Shown here: one piece after another, positions 12,782 through 27,084 of the stretch
How the letters are laid out: the number at the start of each line of letters is the position of its first letter
Position numbering within the stretch: position 1 is the first letter of the stretch
Assembly (NCBI RefSeq): GCF_036365525.1
Contig: NW_027142006.1
Coordinates: forward strand, 10,354,001 to 10,418,000
Direction of reading: 5' to 3'
DNA from: Heterodontus francisci
Taxonomy: Eukaryota
DNA length: 64,000 nt
Translations under genes and position numbers: made by a program
Notes under the pieces: generated by a model
Seen by the model: the letters and a program-made list of their open reading frames with translations, nothing else
Databases searched by the model: none
What the model was told of the DNA's origin: nothing

Positions 12782-13869
12782 AGAATGAATCCCACAATCT
12801 CATTCAGTGCCAGATACTGACAGGTACAGAATTAATCCCACCCGTACACACTGTACTAGGCACTGAAAGACATAGGAAGCATTGCACATTCACATACAAG
12901 AGCAAACATTGACAGATATTGTAGGAGTCACATGCTCACAGTCAGTACCAGATACTGTTGAAAAGAGAATTAATCCCACACTTGCATTCATTGCAAGAGA
13001 CTGACAGTTACATAAAGGTTTTCCCACACTCACATAGAGTAACAGAGACTGACATGCAGAACTTGATCCACACCCATATATAGTACCAAAACCTGAAAGA
13101 TATTGAGTCAATACCACAATCAGATACAGTGTCAAAGACTGACAGCCATATTATAGAGTTCACTTCCATAGAATGCCAGTTATTTACATGTGCAGAATGC
13201 ATCTTGTTTCACATTCAGTCTGGATACTGACAGATACACAATGAATCACTACAATCATACTCAATACCAAGTTCAGACAAACACCATATATATCCCCCAA
13301 TTATTCACAGTATCATAGACTGACAGACACAGAGTGAATCACAAAATCAATTAATTTCAGAGACCAGCAGATAGAGAATTAATCTCACTGTCACGGAAAG
13401 AACCAGAGAGTGACAGATATACAATGAGACCCAAGCTCACATAAAGTGACACACATAATTAAAACCACGTACATACATAGTACCTTAGATTGACACATTG
13501 AGAATGAATCAAACACATTCTGACAATAAGATTGATGCATACACAATGAAGCTCACACTCACATTTAGTTCCAGACATTGACAGATACAGAATGATATCC
13601 ACATTCAGCCACAGTAGCAGATAGATACAGAAGCTGCCCCACATTCCCATACAACACTCATGAATGACATACAGAATGAATCAAACAATCACATTTAGTT
13701 CCATAGACTGACACTCAAATAATCTCACACTCAGACACAGTACCACAGAGATATATTTAGAATTAAATTCACTGTCATATAATGTACCAGAAAGTGTGGC
13801 AAAATTAATCTCATACAGTACAAAGGATGGATGGAATTTGTCCCACACTCAATGTAATAGGTTTTAAGT

Positions 13870-15325
13870 AAGTGAAGTGGGGTTGTCGGAGGGATGGGGG
13901 TGGAGGTGGGGAAGAGAACAAAATGGAAGGTATGTGTTAGGGCAGAGGGCAGGAGAGATTAACTGACAAATAGGTCATGCGGTAAAGGGAGAGTGCTAAG
14001 GGTGCAGTGAAAGGCAAAACATTAGTATAGAGAGAGTGTTAATGACAGAATAATGAACAGTTCTGTCCAAAAGCACAAACTTGAAAAATCAAGATTAAGG
14101 CAGACACATGGTGACAAAAAATGATAAAATAAAATAAAATAATCTAAAAGAGCCAGTCATGCTCTGAAATTATTGTACTCAATGTTCAGTCCGGAAGGCT
14201 GTTGAGTGTCTAATCAGAAAATGAGGTTCTGTTCCTGGAGCTTGCTTCACAGGAACACTGCAGCAGGCCGAGGACAGAAATGTGGGCATGAGAGCAGGGT
14301 GGTGAACTGAAATGGCAAGCAACCGGAAGCTTGGGTTTATGCTTGCGGACTGAGCAGAGATGTTCCGCAAAGCAGTCACCCAATCTATGTTTGATCTCCC
14401 CAGTGTAGAGGTGGCTGCATTGTGAGCAGCGAATACAATGTATTAAATTGAAAGAAGTACAAGTAAATCACTGTTTCACCTGGAAGGAGTGTTTGGGGCC
14501 TTGGATGGTGAAGAGAGGGGAGGTAAAAGGACAGGATCTATGCCTCCTGCAATTACATGCAAAGATGTCATGGGAAGGGGACAAGGTGTCAGGGGTAATG
14601 CAGGAGTGGACAAGGGTGTCACGGAGGGAACAGTCCTTTGGATTGCTGACAGGGGAGTGGAAGATGGGTTTGGTAATGGCATCACGCTGGAGGTGGCAGA
14701 AATGGTGGATAATGATCCTTTGGATGTGCAGGCAGGTCGGGTGGAACTTGATTGCAGTTCTGGAAGGGAGGAGAAGGGATGAGGGTACAAGTGCAGGAAA
14801 TTTGTCAGACACGGTTGAGGGCCCTGTCAACCACAGCTGGGGGGAAATCCTCGGTTGAGGAAAAATGAAAACACATCAGAAGTGCTGTTGTCGAAGGTTG
14901 CATCATCAGAAATGATGTGTCTGAGATGGAAAAACTGGGAGAATGGAATGGAGTCCTTACAAGAGGAAGGGTGTGAGGAAGTGTAGTCAAGGTAACTGTG
15001 GTGGCAGAAATGGTGGAGAATGAATATTAGTGGACAGCCTTATCCTCAGAGATGGAGACAGAGAAGTCACAAAGGGAAGGGAAGTGTCGGAGATAGATCA
15101 TGTGAAGGTGAGGGAATGGTGGAAATTGGAAACAAAGTTGATGAATTTTTCCAGTTCGGGGCAGGAGCAGGAAATGACACTGACACAGTCATCATTCTAC
15201 CAGAAAAAGAGCTGGGGGGTGGGGCCCTGAGTAGGACTGGAGAAAGGAATGTTTGACATACACCACAAAAAGACAGGCATAACTAGGACCTATGCGGGTA
15301 TCCATAGCAAAGCCTTTTATGTTAT
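13870..15325 (-). mobile_element. Penelope-like element remnant (RT + GIY-YIG)
   Basis: GFAMDTRIGPSYACLFV RT motif and GIY-YIG region; paralogous copy on + at ~49545-55560. Confidence 0.75.
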
Positions 15326-15329
15326 TCTC

Positions 15330-16945
15330 TGAGTAACATACCTTCTGACTCACCAAACCCTGTCCATCATCTACAAGGCACAAGTTAGGTGTGTAATGGA
15401 ATACTCTCCACTTGCCTGGATGAATGCAGCTCCAACAACACTCTGGAAGCTCGACTCCATCCAGGACAAAGTAGTTCACTTGATCGACACCCCGTCCACC
15501 ACCTTAAATATTCACTCCCTCCACCACTGGTGGACAGTGGCAGCAGCGTTTAACATCCTAGACATCACCTTCCAAACACCCGACCTCTACCACCATTTTT
15601 TTTACAAGATGCACTGCAGCAACGCACCAAGGGTCCTTCGACAGCACCTTCCAAACCCGCAACCTCTACCAACTAGAAGACAAGGGCAGCAAATGCATGG
15701 AAACGCCACCAACTGCAAGTTCCCCCCAAGTCACACACTATCCTGACTTGGAACTATATCGCAGTTCCTTCACTGTCACTGGGTCAAAATCCTGGAACTC
15801 CCCTCCGAACAGCACTGTGAGTGTACCTACCTCACATGGACTGCAGTGGTTCAAGACAGCAGCTCACCATCACCTTCTCAAGGGCAGTTAGAGATGGGCA
15901 ATAAATGCTGGCCGAGCCAGCGACGCCCACATCCCATGAATGAATTTTAAAAAGGTGCACACTGCTGCCACTGTACATCAGTGGCGGAGGGAGTGAATGT
16001 TTGTGGATAGGGTGCCAATCAAGTGGGCTGTTTTGGCCTGGATGGTATCGAGCTTCTTGAGAGTTGTTGGAGCTGCACCTATCCAGCAAGTGGACAGTAT
16101 TCCATCACACTCCTGACTTGTGACTTGTCGATGGTGGACATGCTTTGTGGAGTCAGGAGGTGAGTTAATTGCCGCAGGATTCCTAGCCTCTGACCTGCTC
16201 TTGTAGCCACATTATTTTTTTGGCGACTCCAGTTCAATTTCTGGTCAATGGTAGCCCCTGGGATGTTGATAGTGGGGGATTCGGCGATGGTAATGCCATT
16301 GAATGTCAAGGGGAGATGGTTAGATTCTCTCTTGTTGGAGATGGTTATTGCTGGCACTTGTGTGGCATGAATGTTACTTGCCACTTATCAGCCCAAGCCT
16401 AGATATTGTCCAGGTCTTGCTGCATTTCTACACAGACTGCTTCAGTGTCTGAGCAGTCATGAATGCTGCTGAACATTGTGCAATTATCAGCGAATATCCC
16501 CACTTCTGACCTTCTGATTGAAGGAAGGTCATTGATGAAGCAGCTGAAGATGGTTGGGCCTTGGACACTACCAAGAGGAACTCCTGCAGTGATGTCCTGT
16601 AGCTCAGATGATTGACCTCCAACAACCACAACCATCTTCCTTTGTGCTAGGTATGACACCAACCAGCGGAGAGATTTCCCCCTGATTCCCTGGAAGGACA
16701 ATAGCAGCAGATACATGGGAACACTGCAACCAGCAACCTCCCCTCCAAGCCACACAACATCGTGACTTGGATCTATTTTGCCGAGGGCATATCAAAATCC
16801 CGGAACTCCCTCCCTAATAGCACTGTGTGTGTACCTATAACATGTGGACTGCAGTGGTTCAAGTAGGCAGCTCACCAAAACCAGGGCAATTAGGGATGGG
16901 CAATAAATGATGGTCTTGCCAGCGATGCTTACATCCCATGAAAAA
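15330..16945. mobile_element. L2/CR1-group LINE fragments in both orientations
   Basis: AGVPLGSVQGPTIFSCFINDLP..FADNCT, MEYSPLAW; 3' ends GGGCAATAAATGCTGGCC...CCCATGAATGAAT; inverse paralog at ~47960-49500. Confidence 0.7.
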
Positions 16946-18822
16946 AATAACAAAAATGAAATGGAGTTAAAATCTCTATGAAAGAAATCTTTATAAAATT
17001 CTGCAATCAGTCCATGTGACCAGGAGATACCCACCCCCTTCATTCCAGTTCCTGCTAATTTTACTTGCATTGATTCCACTTCATTGTCACACACGATTCT
17101 CTCATCCTCCTTTAAACCCTCTTCAATAAAACCACTCACTTTCAATAATTTGCAAATGGATTCATTTGCACATAACTCCTAATAAATAGGAGATACTGGA
17201 ACGGCTGGCTGTACTTCATGTTGATAAGTCATTAGGACTGGATGGGATGGAACCAAGACTGCTGAGAGCTGTCAGGGTGGAAATTGCCAGAATCTTCTGA
17301 ATTTTATTTTTTGGATTGACAGCTGCCAGCCATTTGTTTGTCCCAGGACACAATAACGAACTAAAATGAATCTGCACCGAGCAAATATTAACGTCCCACA
17401 TCTGCAGGTTTCTTCCAAAACATCAGGAATTTCAGTTTCAATCCTCGGACCTTTTATGTTCTGTTCCATTGATATTTTGTCCCCTGATTAAAATTGATTC
17501 TGGGAAGTCTGTCCTCTGAGCGGCCTGGCACTCCGAGTTCCTCTGCAGACATCCGGTTGCTGTTGGTGGACCAAAAGATCCCGAAAACCCGAGAAGAAAC
17601 GTCTCCCAAAGCCCTCCGAGTGTGTCTCCATTAGACCATGCAACCACTACCTGTATAATGGATAGCAATGGTGAGGAGTATGAGTTATTTCAGTGCCTGC
17701 GTTTTGTGGAAATAGAGGATTAAAGATTAAAAATAATTAAAATCACTGAATAGATCTTCTGTGAGCAGGACTTAAACCAAACTGGGATAAGTCCAGTGGA
17801 TTTCAATGTTGAAATCTTTAACCACTGGACCATGGCAGCTGAAATCACACCCCTTTTATACAGACCGAGAATCATCCTACACTGATCCACTTCTGTTCAG
17901 TTTTGTGTCCTGGGACAAAAAAGTTCTTCGTAGCTGTCAATCAAAAAATGGTTGGAAGGAACTTCATTTATTCAAATACCAGCAGCCGCCAGTTGTCAAT
18001 GAACTCAATCCCTTCAGCAATAGACTGGGGGAAAGAGAGAGAGAGACTGTTAGAGAACTTCCTGCATTCAGTCCTGACCCTGTCACACTCAGCAGTTTCT
18101 CACCCAGACCCTACTCTCATCAACACTGAACATTGTTACTGAGACCCTTCAAATACTGTTTATAAAATGAATAAAGGTTCAAAGTTTATGACAGCTGGAT
18201 TGACTGGAACCAAGTTTAATAAACTTTTCACTCTGACTTGATAACCACATTAGACAGTCCTTCAATTGGTAGCAAAGTTATCAGCTGTAAGAATGTTTTT
18301 ACTGTGTTGAATAATTTCTGTGTGAGGAATGTTCCAGCATCATAAACCAGGGGAACGTGCTGACTGAGCTGTGTCTTCATCACTTCTGGGCAATCAGACA
18401 GTTCATCCTTCATTCTGTTCTGATTCACTTTCCCAAAGTGGATCTCCAGATTCTCAAATCTGGGGACAAGGATTTCTTATTTGCTTCTTTTCAGTTTTTA
18501 TCATTCTCAACTGACAATATAATCCAAAACTCGGACAAATCCTCCACCTTGCATCGTGTCCCAGACTCAGTAGAAAGCAGCACATAGTGACGTGAACACA
18601 CTGACAGATACAATCCGTCACCCTCTGATTCAGTGAGATTAATGTCAAGAGTGGTTTCCAGATCAAATGCAATGATGAACAAATTTCTCTCAAAGGAGGT
18701 GTGGTTGACAGAGGTACCTTTATAGTATTTGCAGTGAATTTCTGTGCAAGAAGGGACAATCGTCAAACATCCATTCCGAAATCCTTCGCTCAGCAAAGAC
18801 AGATCGAGTCCTGTTTTAAATA

Positions 18823-19032
18823 AAAACAGAAAGTGCTGGAAATATTCAGCAGGTCTGGTAGCATCTGTGCAGAGAGGAGCAGAGTTAACATTTCAGCAGT
18901 TCTGATAAAATGTCACAGACCTGAAAGGTTAACTCTGCTTCTCTGTCCACAGATGCCACCAGACCCGCTGAGTATTTCCAGCACTTTCTGTTTTCATTTC
19001 AGATTTCCAGCATCTGCAGTATTTTGCTTTTG
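18823..19032. repeat. Hairpin (MITE-like) repeat built from Penelope-type terminal sequence
   Basis: ~74-bp inverted arms 18823-18896 / 18921-18994; same sequence as the end of the Penelope copy at ~59550-59620; paralog at ~45900-46110. Confidence 0.75.
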
Positions 19033-19829
19033 TTACTGTCCTGTCTTGTTGTGCTGCTCAATAAAGTAGTTGGAAAACCAAGTTACAGTCAGGCTGAAAG
19101 GGGATTTGAATCCAGGATTGATCTGTTCATTAAAGAGGTACTTCGACCAACTAAGTCAAAGGGACAAAATACAGTGTTTGAGTTTTTTGAGCTACAGATT
19201 AGTGCAGATCTTTCTAGCTGTGCTGAACATTGATTTCCATCTCCGGGTTCTTTCTGAATCTGTGAGTTTGCAGTTCTTTGCGAGTGAGTGGGACACATGG
19301 AGATATGTTTAGACGATTTCCTGGCAAATCATTTGCAACTCCATATTTTTCTGAAATTTGTACGAACACATTAATGACATACGTCACGCCATGAAATTTC
19401 TCCACAAAACACTGAAAGGTGACATTGTTAATTGTGAGGGGGGTTTTTCACTTATTCAGACATACATTTGGAAGGAGTGATCAGAACGTGATTCACACAT
19501 GACGTGATGACGTAATGGCGTGAAGAAACACTTCCTTGAACTGGCCATATTTGGTATCCATTTTTTCTGCTCGACCCACCTGAATATTATAGAGAAAATG
19601 GCAACAAGGGGAAGATAAAGTCTGTAAATATAGGCAGAAAACAGCAGCAGGGACTGCAGTAAACAAGATCAGCCAGTTCCTGGTGACTTCGTTGCTCGGA
19701 TAGTGAAGAATTTAGATGGGTTGTGGACAGCCTGAGCCTCAGACTGTCTCCTGAGTTGAATAGGATACCGCACGGTCTTCGTGCTCATTGAGGAAATTTG
19801 GCTGTACTCATGGGATACAGCTGAAAGAT

Positions 19830-22800
19830 GGCAACGAATGAGAGGGTTTGAGCAACATTCCGTTCCTGTATTGAAAGAATGGGCATGTTTTTAGAGTTAA
19901 GAATATTTTGGGACTGGAAGGTGAGGCGGTCAAGACTCATAATAAGGCAATTCCTGAGCAAAAGAAAACAATTTTGTTTGTGGAAATTGGCCTGGAAGTG
20001 TATGACATGCTAACAAAGCTTCCTGCTCTGAATAAAGCAAAATATGTGCCAGTCAAAACAAAATCACCAAGTTGGAGGAACATTTCAATCCTAAGCCACT
20101 AGAGATAGCAGAATGCTATAAATTTGGAACCAGAAATCAGAAAAGTAGTGAAGCAGTTGGTGAGTATATTGTGGCACTGAAGAATTTTTATTACGTTGCA
20201 ACTTTGGCACATTCTTAGACCATGCATTATGAGACATATTTGTGTGTGGATTTGTGAACAAAAGAATCCAATCGAAGCTACTAAACACACAAAATCTTAC
20301 ATTTGAGATCGTGTGTAAGATTGCTGTTTCCATGGAGATGGCATCAAAGAATGTTAGGGAATTTTGTCCTATGCAGGTAACTAGTACAGGCTTCTGTCCA
20401 CTGTTAAAGTGCTTCAGCCAAGTCTAAAGTGGACAGACATAGCCAGAAGAGTGCCAATGATAGCAGTTTAGTGTCGTTATCACCATCAGGGCAACCACAC
20501 AGCCCAATCATGTCAGTACAGAAATGCAAAATGTTTCAATTGTCAAGCAGAGGCCAAAGAAGGAAAGGGAACTAATTCCAGTGGTAATGGAAAACAGTGA
20601 TGTTATAAGGGTGGAGTTCACAATCTTGAAGTGAATCCAGAGTGCCTAACCAAAGAGGAGCAAGGGCTGTACAGCATCTATGCCACTAGCAATCACTCAA
20701 ATGATGGAGACTTTTGTAGAATGTTGTTGGTAAATAAACAGTCCATTGCTACGACCATGGATTGCTCCATCATGAGTAGAGAAATGTATGGGAGCAAAGT
20801 CAGTGATGTCCGTCAAACTGAGAGCACCAGTCAATTGAAAACCTACTCTGGTGAGGTGTGAGAAATGTGTGGGCAAATGGAGTGCCATATCCAACATAAG
20901 GGCAGGCCCCTCAAGTTACCCATTGTTTAAAAAATTAGGTCAGTGGAAGTAGGCATCACTGGCAAGGCCAGCATTTATTGCCCATTCCTAATTGCCCTTG
21001 ACAACTGAATTGCTTGCTAGGTCATTTCAGAGGACAGGTGAGAGTAAACCAAATTGTTGTGGGCCAGCATCACATACAGGCCAGACCAGGTAAGCACAGC
21101 AGATTGCCTTCTGTGAAGGGTATGAGTGAACCAGATGGTTTTTAATGAAAATCAATTATAGTTGCATGGCACCACTGCTCAGATTTTATATTATTCATTA
21201 ATGAATTGAATCTGAATTCCACCAGCTGCCATGGTGGGATTTAAACTCATATCCCCAGGGCATTAGTCTGAGTCGTGAGATTATTAGTTCAGTGACATTA
21301 CTGCTATGCCAGCCTCTCCACTACAAGGTAGTGAGATATGTCAACAAACCAATAATAATGGGGAAAGACTGGCTTTGAAAGCTGAAGTTAGACTGGAAGC
21401 ATGTTTTTTCAAGTTGAAACAACCAAGGAGCTTGATCAGGCATTGAATTGTTACAGGAACACTTTCGAGGACAGCTATGAAGGCATAATCAGTGTGAAAG
21501 CTCACATCTGAATCAGGCCTGATACCAAACCAGTATATTGCAAAGTTTGGCTGCTTCCTTATGCTTCCAAAACCAAGGTTGAAGAGGAGCAAAAGAATCT
21601 GGAGAGATATGGTGTGCTGGTGAAAACTGATCACTGTGATTGGGCAAACCCAATTGTCATTGTGCCCAAGTCAGACAAAACCATCAGTCTATGTGGGGAT
21701 GACAATGTCACAATGAACCAGGCAGTGGATTATGAGAAGTATCCACTACTGACCTCGAGATTTGTATGCGGATTTAGCAGGATCCAAGCTATTCACAAAG
21801 TTGGATTTATTCCATGCTTATGCACAGCTCAATGTGAATCAAGTGAATCTGCAGTATCTCACGATAAACACACACATGGGGTTATACTCCTACATAAAGC
21901 TGCCGTACGGTGTGAAGCCTTCTCCAAACTTCTTCCAAGTTACAATGGGTAAGATTTTACAAGGAGTGCTACATTGCTTGTGCAATCAGGATGATGTGTT
22001 GATCATGACTGTAACAAATGAAGAGAATTTTCAAGTGTTGGATGAAGTGTTAAAAAGGCTCAATGATCACAATGTGTCAGTTGAAAAAGAACAAGTGTGC
22101 CTTTGTACAATCTGAGGTGGTGTACCTTGGCCTGATAATCAATGAAAAGTACTGCAGCCAGTGAAAGAGAAGATAGAGGCTATGGTCAAAGCCCCTAAGA
22201 CAAAAAGATGTGTCTGAGCTTAGATCTTTTCTACGCATGGTCCAATACTACTTGCAATTTCTGCCTGAGCATGCAATGGTGTTAGCTCCACTACATGAGT
22301 TGTTGAAGAAAGATGTGAAATGGAAATGGTCTAAAGCACAGCAAGATGCTTATGATGCATGTAAGAGAAGCTTGACCAGTGACACACTACACATTCATTA
22401 CCACACAAATGGTGAACTGAAGCTAGCTTCAAAATATGGAGTTGGAGCAGTAATCAGTCATGTTGTGGATCATGGTCAGGAGAAGCCCAGAGCATTTGTG
22501 TCACGTACCCTGACCAAGAGTGACTGGAACTACACACAGATAGGAAAGGAAGTGTTTGGAATCATCTTTGGAAACAAAACGTTTCACCAGATTTTGTTGG
22601 GTGGTAACTTTACGCTAGTAACAGATCATAAACCACTAATAGCTATTCTGGGACCAAAGTCTACAATACTGACAATGGCAGTATCAAGGATGCTGCAGTG
22701 GGCTGTACTTCTCTCACTGTTTGACTGTAACATTGAATATCGTAGTTCAAAGGAGAATGCTATCGCTGACGCACTGTCACATTTACTGCATGAAGATTTA

Positions 22801-22845
22801 GATGTAGACTGTGAAGGTGCAATCTTCATAATAGAAATTGTGGCC
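19830..22845 (+). mobile_element. Degraded Gypsy/Ty3 LTR retrotransposon internal region (gag, RT, RNase H)
   Basis: WANPIVIVPKSD, FTKLDLFHAYAQL, LPYG, QDDVLI, ASKYGVGAVISH, FTLVTDHKPL, ADALSHL; many stops and frameshifts. Confidence 0.85.
20930..21320 (-). mobile_element. SINE nested in the Gypsy remnant
   Basis: tRNA-like head with B-box-like GTTTAAATCC; tail GGGCAATAAATGCTGGCC shared with the L2/CR1-group LINE; paralog at ~43577-43970. Confidence 0.55.
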
Positions 22846-23340
22846 ATGACTGAGTCGACCAGTCGGCAGGTTCACTGTGAGCCGATAACACTGCCGGGTA
22901 AAGGCCGCTTTCCAACTCCAATCTTAACACAGGAGATTCCCCAAACAGCTGTAATAAGGTGTTTGTAAACTGCTGGAAGCGGATGTGTGTGGAAATGGTG
23001 ATGTTACTGAGGAGGTTTCTTAGTATCGAATGGATTGCGTTTCGGTGGGAACATAACTGAGTGTTAATTGTAGCGGGACCATATTGAAAAGCTCCGGCTT
23101 TCTGGAAGGCTTTGACTACGAATGCCGAGTCTGGAAGGGTTTGTGTGGAGAGCTGGGTTTCGGTTCTACTGTTAATAAAGGGTTTGAAATTGGCAGCCCG
23201 GAGGAAACTGGAGGTGGATCTGAAAGATGAGGGGCCGTTCTCTCTCTGTCTTGTCACTCTGGGTGTCTCCTCCCTCTCGCTCTCTGTTTAATCCTCACTC
23301 TGTCTCCTCCACTCCCTGCTCTCACTCTGCCTTTCTCAGC

Positions 23341-23366
23341 CAGGTCCAGGGGGTCTGTATACAAAG
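23341..23366 (+). promoter_or_regulatory. H4 proximal promoter (GGTCC element + TATA-like TATACAAA)
   Basis: CAGGTCC at 23341 and TATACAAA ~23358, 60-80 bp upstream of the H4 ATG. Confidence 0.55.
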
Positions 23367-23412
23367 GATCCTGAAGGATTCTGTTACTCATGTACTGCAG
23401 TGATCTGAGTGA

Positions 23413-23733
<321 letters not shown>

Positions 23734-23767
23734 ACAACTTGACCCTTTCCAGCAAACGCACAACAAA

Positions 23768-23783
23768 GGCTCTTCTCAGAGCC
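23768..23783 (+). terminator. Histone 3' stem-loop (H4)
   Basis: GGCTCTTCTCAGAGCC + ACCCA; GAGAAAG downstream. Confidence 0.9.
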
Positions 23784-24438
23784 ACCCACCACCTCACAGA
23801 GAAAGCAGTGACCTGGAAATGGGAGCTGGGATAGGCTGTTCAGAACAGTTCAATCAATCTGCTGTGTTCGGGATACAAAACTGGAATCCCCGAGTTTGAT
23901 ATTTCATTTGTAGCAAGGATGTGCAGTGGATTTGATTTTGTAAACGTGCTGTGTAAACAGTGCCCGAGACTCTCCAGTTAGTTATTTCCCCAGTCGACAC
24001 ATGCCCTCAGTGAAAAGCCACATCACTCCTCCAGAATCACTCATTGTTTTCATAGAATTTCAAAATGATTTCGATGCAATGAGAGAATCCGGGAGTTTTG
24101 CAGCAGCCGTTGAATCGGTCACTGGAACCAGACCCACTTGTGATGTTATTTCTCCCGAGACGGTGTTTCCTGCACTGAAACTGAGAGGGTTTGTGAAACT
24201 GATCAGTTTCAGCTCAATCATTCAGGGACCTGGAATTCCCGCAGTTTGAGCCCGAGCCCACTTCTGATTGGTCACCCTCTTCCCATTCGTATGTCTTAAC
24301 CAATCGCAGAGCTTCGAATTGGAAAATGCAGCAAATCATTGGCTCAAATTGTCGACCTGACAAAGTTTGAATTCGAAAAAGCCGCCAATTTCAGTATCGG
24401 AAAGAAGCGATTACTGGAAAATCTATCCAAAGCTGATC

Positions 24439-24442
<4 letters not shown>

Positions 24443-24470
<28 letters not shown>
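24443..24470. repeat. (TA)n microsatellite
   Basis: About 14 TA units. Confidence 0.95.
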
Positions 24471-24478
<8 letters not shown>

Positions 24479-24851
24479 ACCATTAAAAAACATTTATATT
24501 CCGCTTTTATCAGCAAATTCCTGGCACCATTTTAAAGCTGTTCGTAAAATAGCGCCAGGAAATTGTGCTGATAAAAGCGGAATAAAAAACAAGATTTTGG
24601 ATGGTTATGTCCATATTTTACGAACAGCTTTAATCTGTAATATTATTGGTTACTCATCTGTAACTGCCGGCAAAATGTAACGGGACAAATAACTCAAATT
24701 CGGTGTGGAAGTAATAAATTGGACAGGGTTTCGGGGGACAGTGAGAAGTCACTGAAATAGTTGCTTGAACATTGTAAATAAATCTGATTCGGTCCTGTTA
24801 CTGACATTCTGGAATCAGACAGTAATCAGCCCTTTCACAGAGACTGTCGGT

Positions 24852-24867
24852 GGCTCTGAAAAGAGCC
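24852..24867 (-). terminator. Histone 3' stem-loop (H2A)
   Basis: Reverse complement GGCTCTTTTCAGAGCC. Confidence 0.93.
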
Positions 24868-24897
24868 TTTGGTTTATTCGATGATATTTTGGCCGCT

Positions 24898-25359
<462 letters not shown>

Positions 25360-26095
25360 TCATTGGTCGGTACTTAATTCACCTTATTTGCCTATATTCA
25401 TCACCAATCAGGTCACTGACAACAGAAGAGGGCGGGATTTACCCACCACAACCTCAGAAACAGAATTTGTCAATTTCAAAAAGCCCGCCAATTTCATTTT
25501 CGGAAAGGAGCGGATTAAAATAAATGTCATCCTTCGTCAAAGATTTAAAATCCCTTCTCTTTATTTTCTTTCATTCAACTCCTTTCGTCACCAATCAGAG
25601 ACGCGGGTTTTAAATGTTGTTTAAATTGTGGATCTTCCCACAATCCCTTTCAAACTGTCCCGGGAGGTACTAAATCCCTGTTCACAGCATTTCCCTGAAG
25701 CGAAACGTTCAGTTTATCTTCAATCAGAGCCCAGTGTCCTTCTCTGAAAAGAGGGAGCCGGATCGAATCCTCAAACTGCCCTTAATCTGCTCTATAATGA
25801 TCCCATTCCGGGCTGTTACACTGCGGAGAGTTACTGTAAATAAAATGATGAATCAGTTCACATTTCAGGAATGGAGTGAAGGAACGGAGGTCTGACTCTT
25901 CCCGCTGAAAGCAGCTGTTAAAGCGGTCATTCAGGGGCTGTGCAAAAAAAATAACAGCTTTAAGCAAAAAAGGAAAGGCGAATGAGCGCATTATGGGTTC
26001 ATGGGACAGGAGACACAAACACAGTATATTATACATTATCTTAAAGTGATTTAATAGAGATGTTCGGATGCAGCTTTTTCAGAGAGATTGTGGGT

Positions 26096-26111
26096 GGCTC
26101 TTCAAAGAGCC
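26096..26111 (-). terminator. Histone 3' stem-loop (H2B)
   Basis: Reverse complement GGCTCTTTGAAGAGCC. Confidence 0.88.
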
Positions 26112-26148
26112 GTTGTGTTTGGGATGTTTTTCAGTCCATTGTGCAGTT

Positions 26149-26526
26149 TTACTTGGAGCTGGTGTACTTGGTCACCGCCTTTGTCCCTTCCGACACGGCG
26201 TGCTTGGCCAGCTCCCCGGGCAGCAGCAGGCGCACGGCGGTCTGGATCTCCTGGGAGCTGATGGTGCTGCGCTTGTTGTAATGGGCCAGGCGGGAAGCCT
26301 CACCCGCGATGCGCTCGAAAATATCGTTCACAAACGAGTTCATGATGCTCATGGCCTTGGAGGAGATGCCGGTGTCGGGGTGAACCTGCTTCATCACTTT
26401 GTAGATGTAGATGGAGTAACTCTCCTTCCTCGACTTTCTCCGCTTCTTGCCGCCCTTTGCTGATGGTTTATTTAAGGTTTTCTTGGCGCCCTTCTTAGGA
26501 GCTGCTTTCTTCTTCTCTTCAACCAT
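26149..26526 (-). CDS. H2B: Histone H2B, intact ORF
   Basis: [13 protein letters not shown]...KYTSSK; near-identical to 819-1193, including promoter. Confidence 0.95.
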   Translation of the reverse strand: MVEEKKKAAPKKGAKKTLNKPSAKGGKKRRKSRKESYSIYIYKVMKQVHPDTGISSKAMSIMNSFVNDIFERIAGEASRLAHYNKRSTISSQEIQTAVRLLLPGELAKHAVSEGTKAVTKYTSSK

Positions 26527-27084
26527 CTTCAGTCTCAATTTCAGACACAGAAATAAACCAAACCCCTTCCGAGTGCGGATTAAATAGACAATCCCACAGC
26601 TCTATGCTAATGAGGGATGGGGGAAAATAAAGATTGTGATTGGGTGACTGGCAGTGATGTCACAAAGGTTTCATATTGTAATTGTCTAATTGGTCTCTTT
26701 CGCCATCCACTCAGATTAAACATTTGCAACCAATCACAAACACCCTTCCTGCAATCAGGAAGTATATTTCCCAAAGACTGTCTCCAACCCCAGTTTCTGT
26801 TGAAAGAGCCGCTTCTTATGTAAAGCTCCCTGGAAATGTCCTGGCTGTTGTTGGGAAGACACATATTGGCTGATTCTGTGTCCTTGTGTCTCTGCTATTG
26901 CATGTGAGCGTGCAATTAATTTCATTTCTTTTTTCTCTGATCCTGTGTTTGAGCGTGTTGTGTAATTCGGTAGCTCTCAGTCTCTGGTGCAGTAGGGATT
27001 CATTCTGTATATTACAGACTCTGGTACTGTGATTGTGACATCCATTCTGTATCTGTCAGTCTCTGGTACTGTGTTTGAGTGTGA

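Larger units (their letters stand above)
7800..13860 (+). repeat. Degenerate ~45-bp minisatellite array, split by a CR1 insertion
   Basis: Recurring unit like CAGTACCAGAGACTGACAGATACAGAATGAATCCCACACTCACA at ~7800-8214 and 12782-13860; inverse copy at ~55570-57050; short patch at ~26960-27085. Confidence 0.65.

Noticed and set aside
19595-19612. Gypsy primer-binding site (TGGCAACAAGG) and upstream LTR
   Set aside because: Plausible position but degenerate, and no second LTR is available to confirm it.
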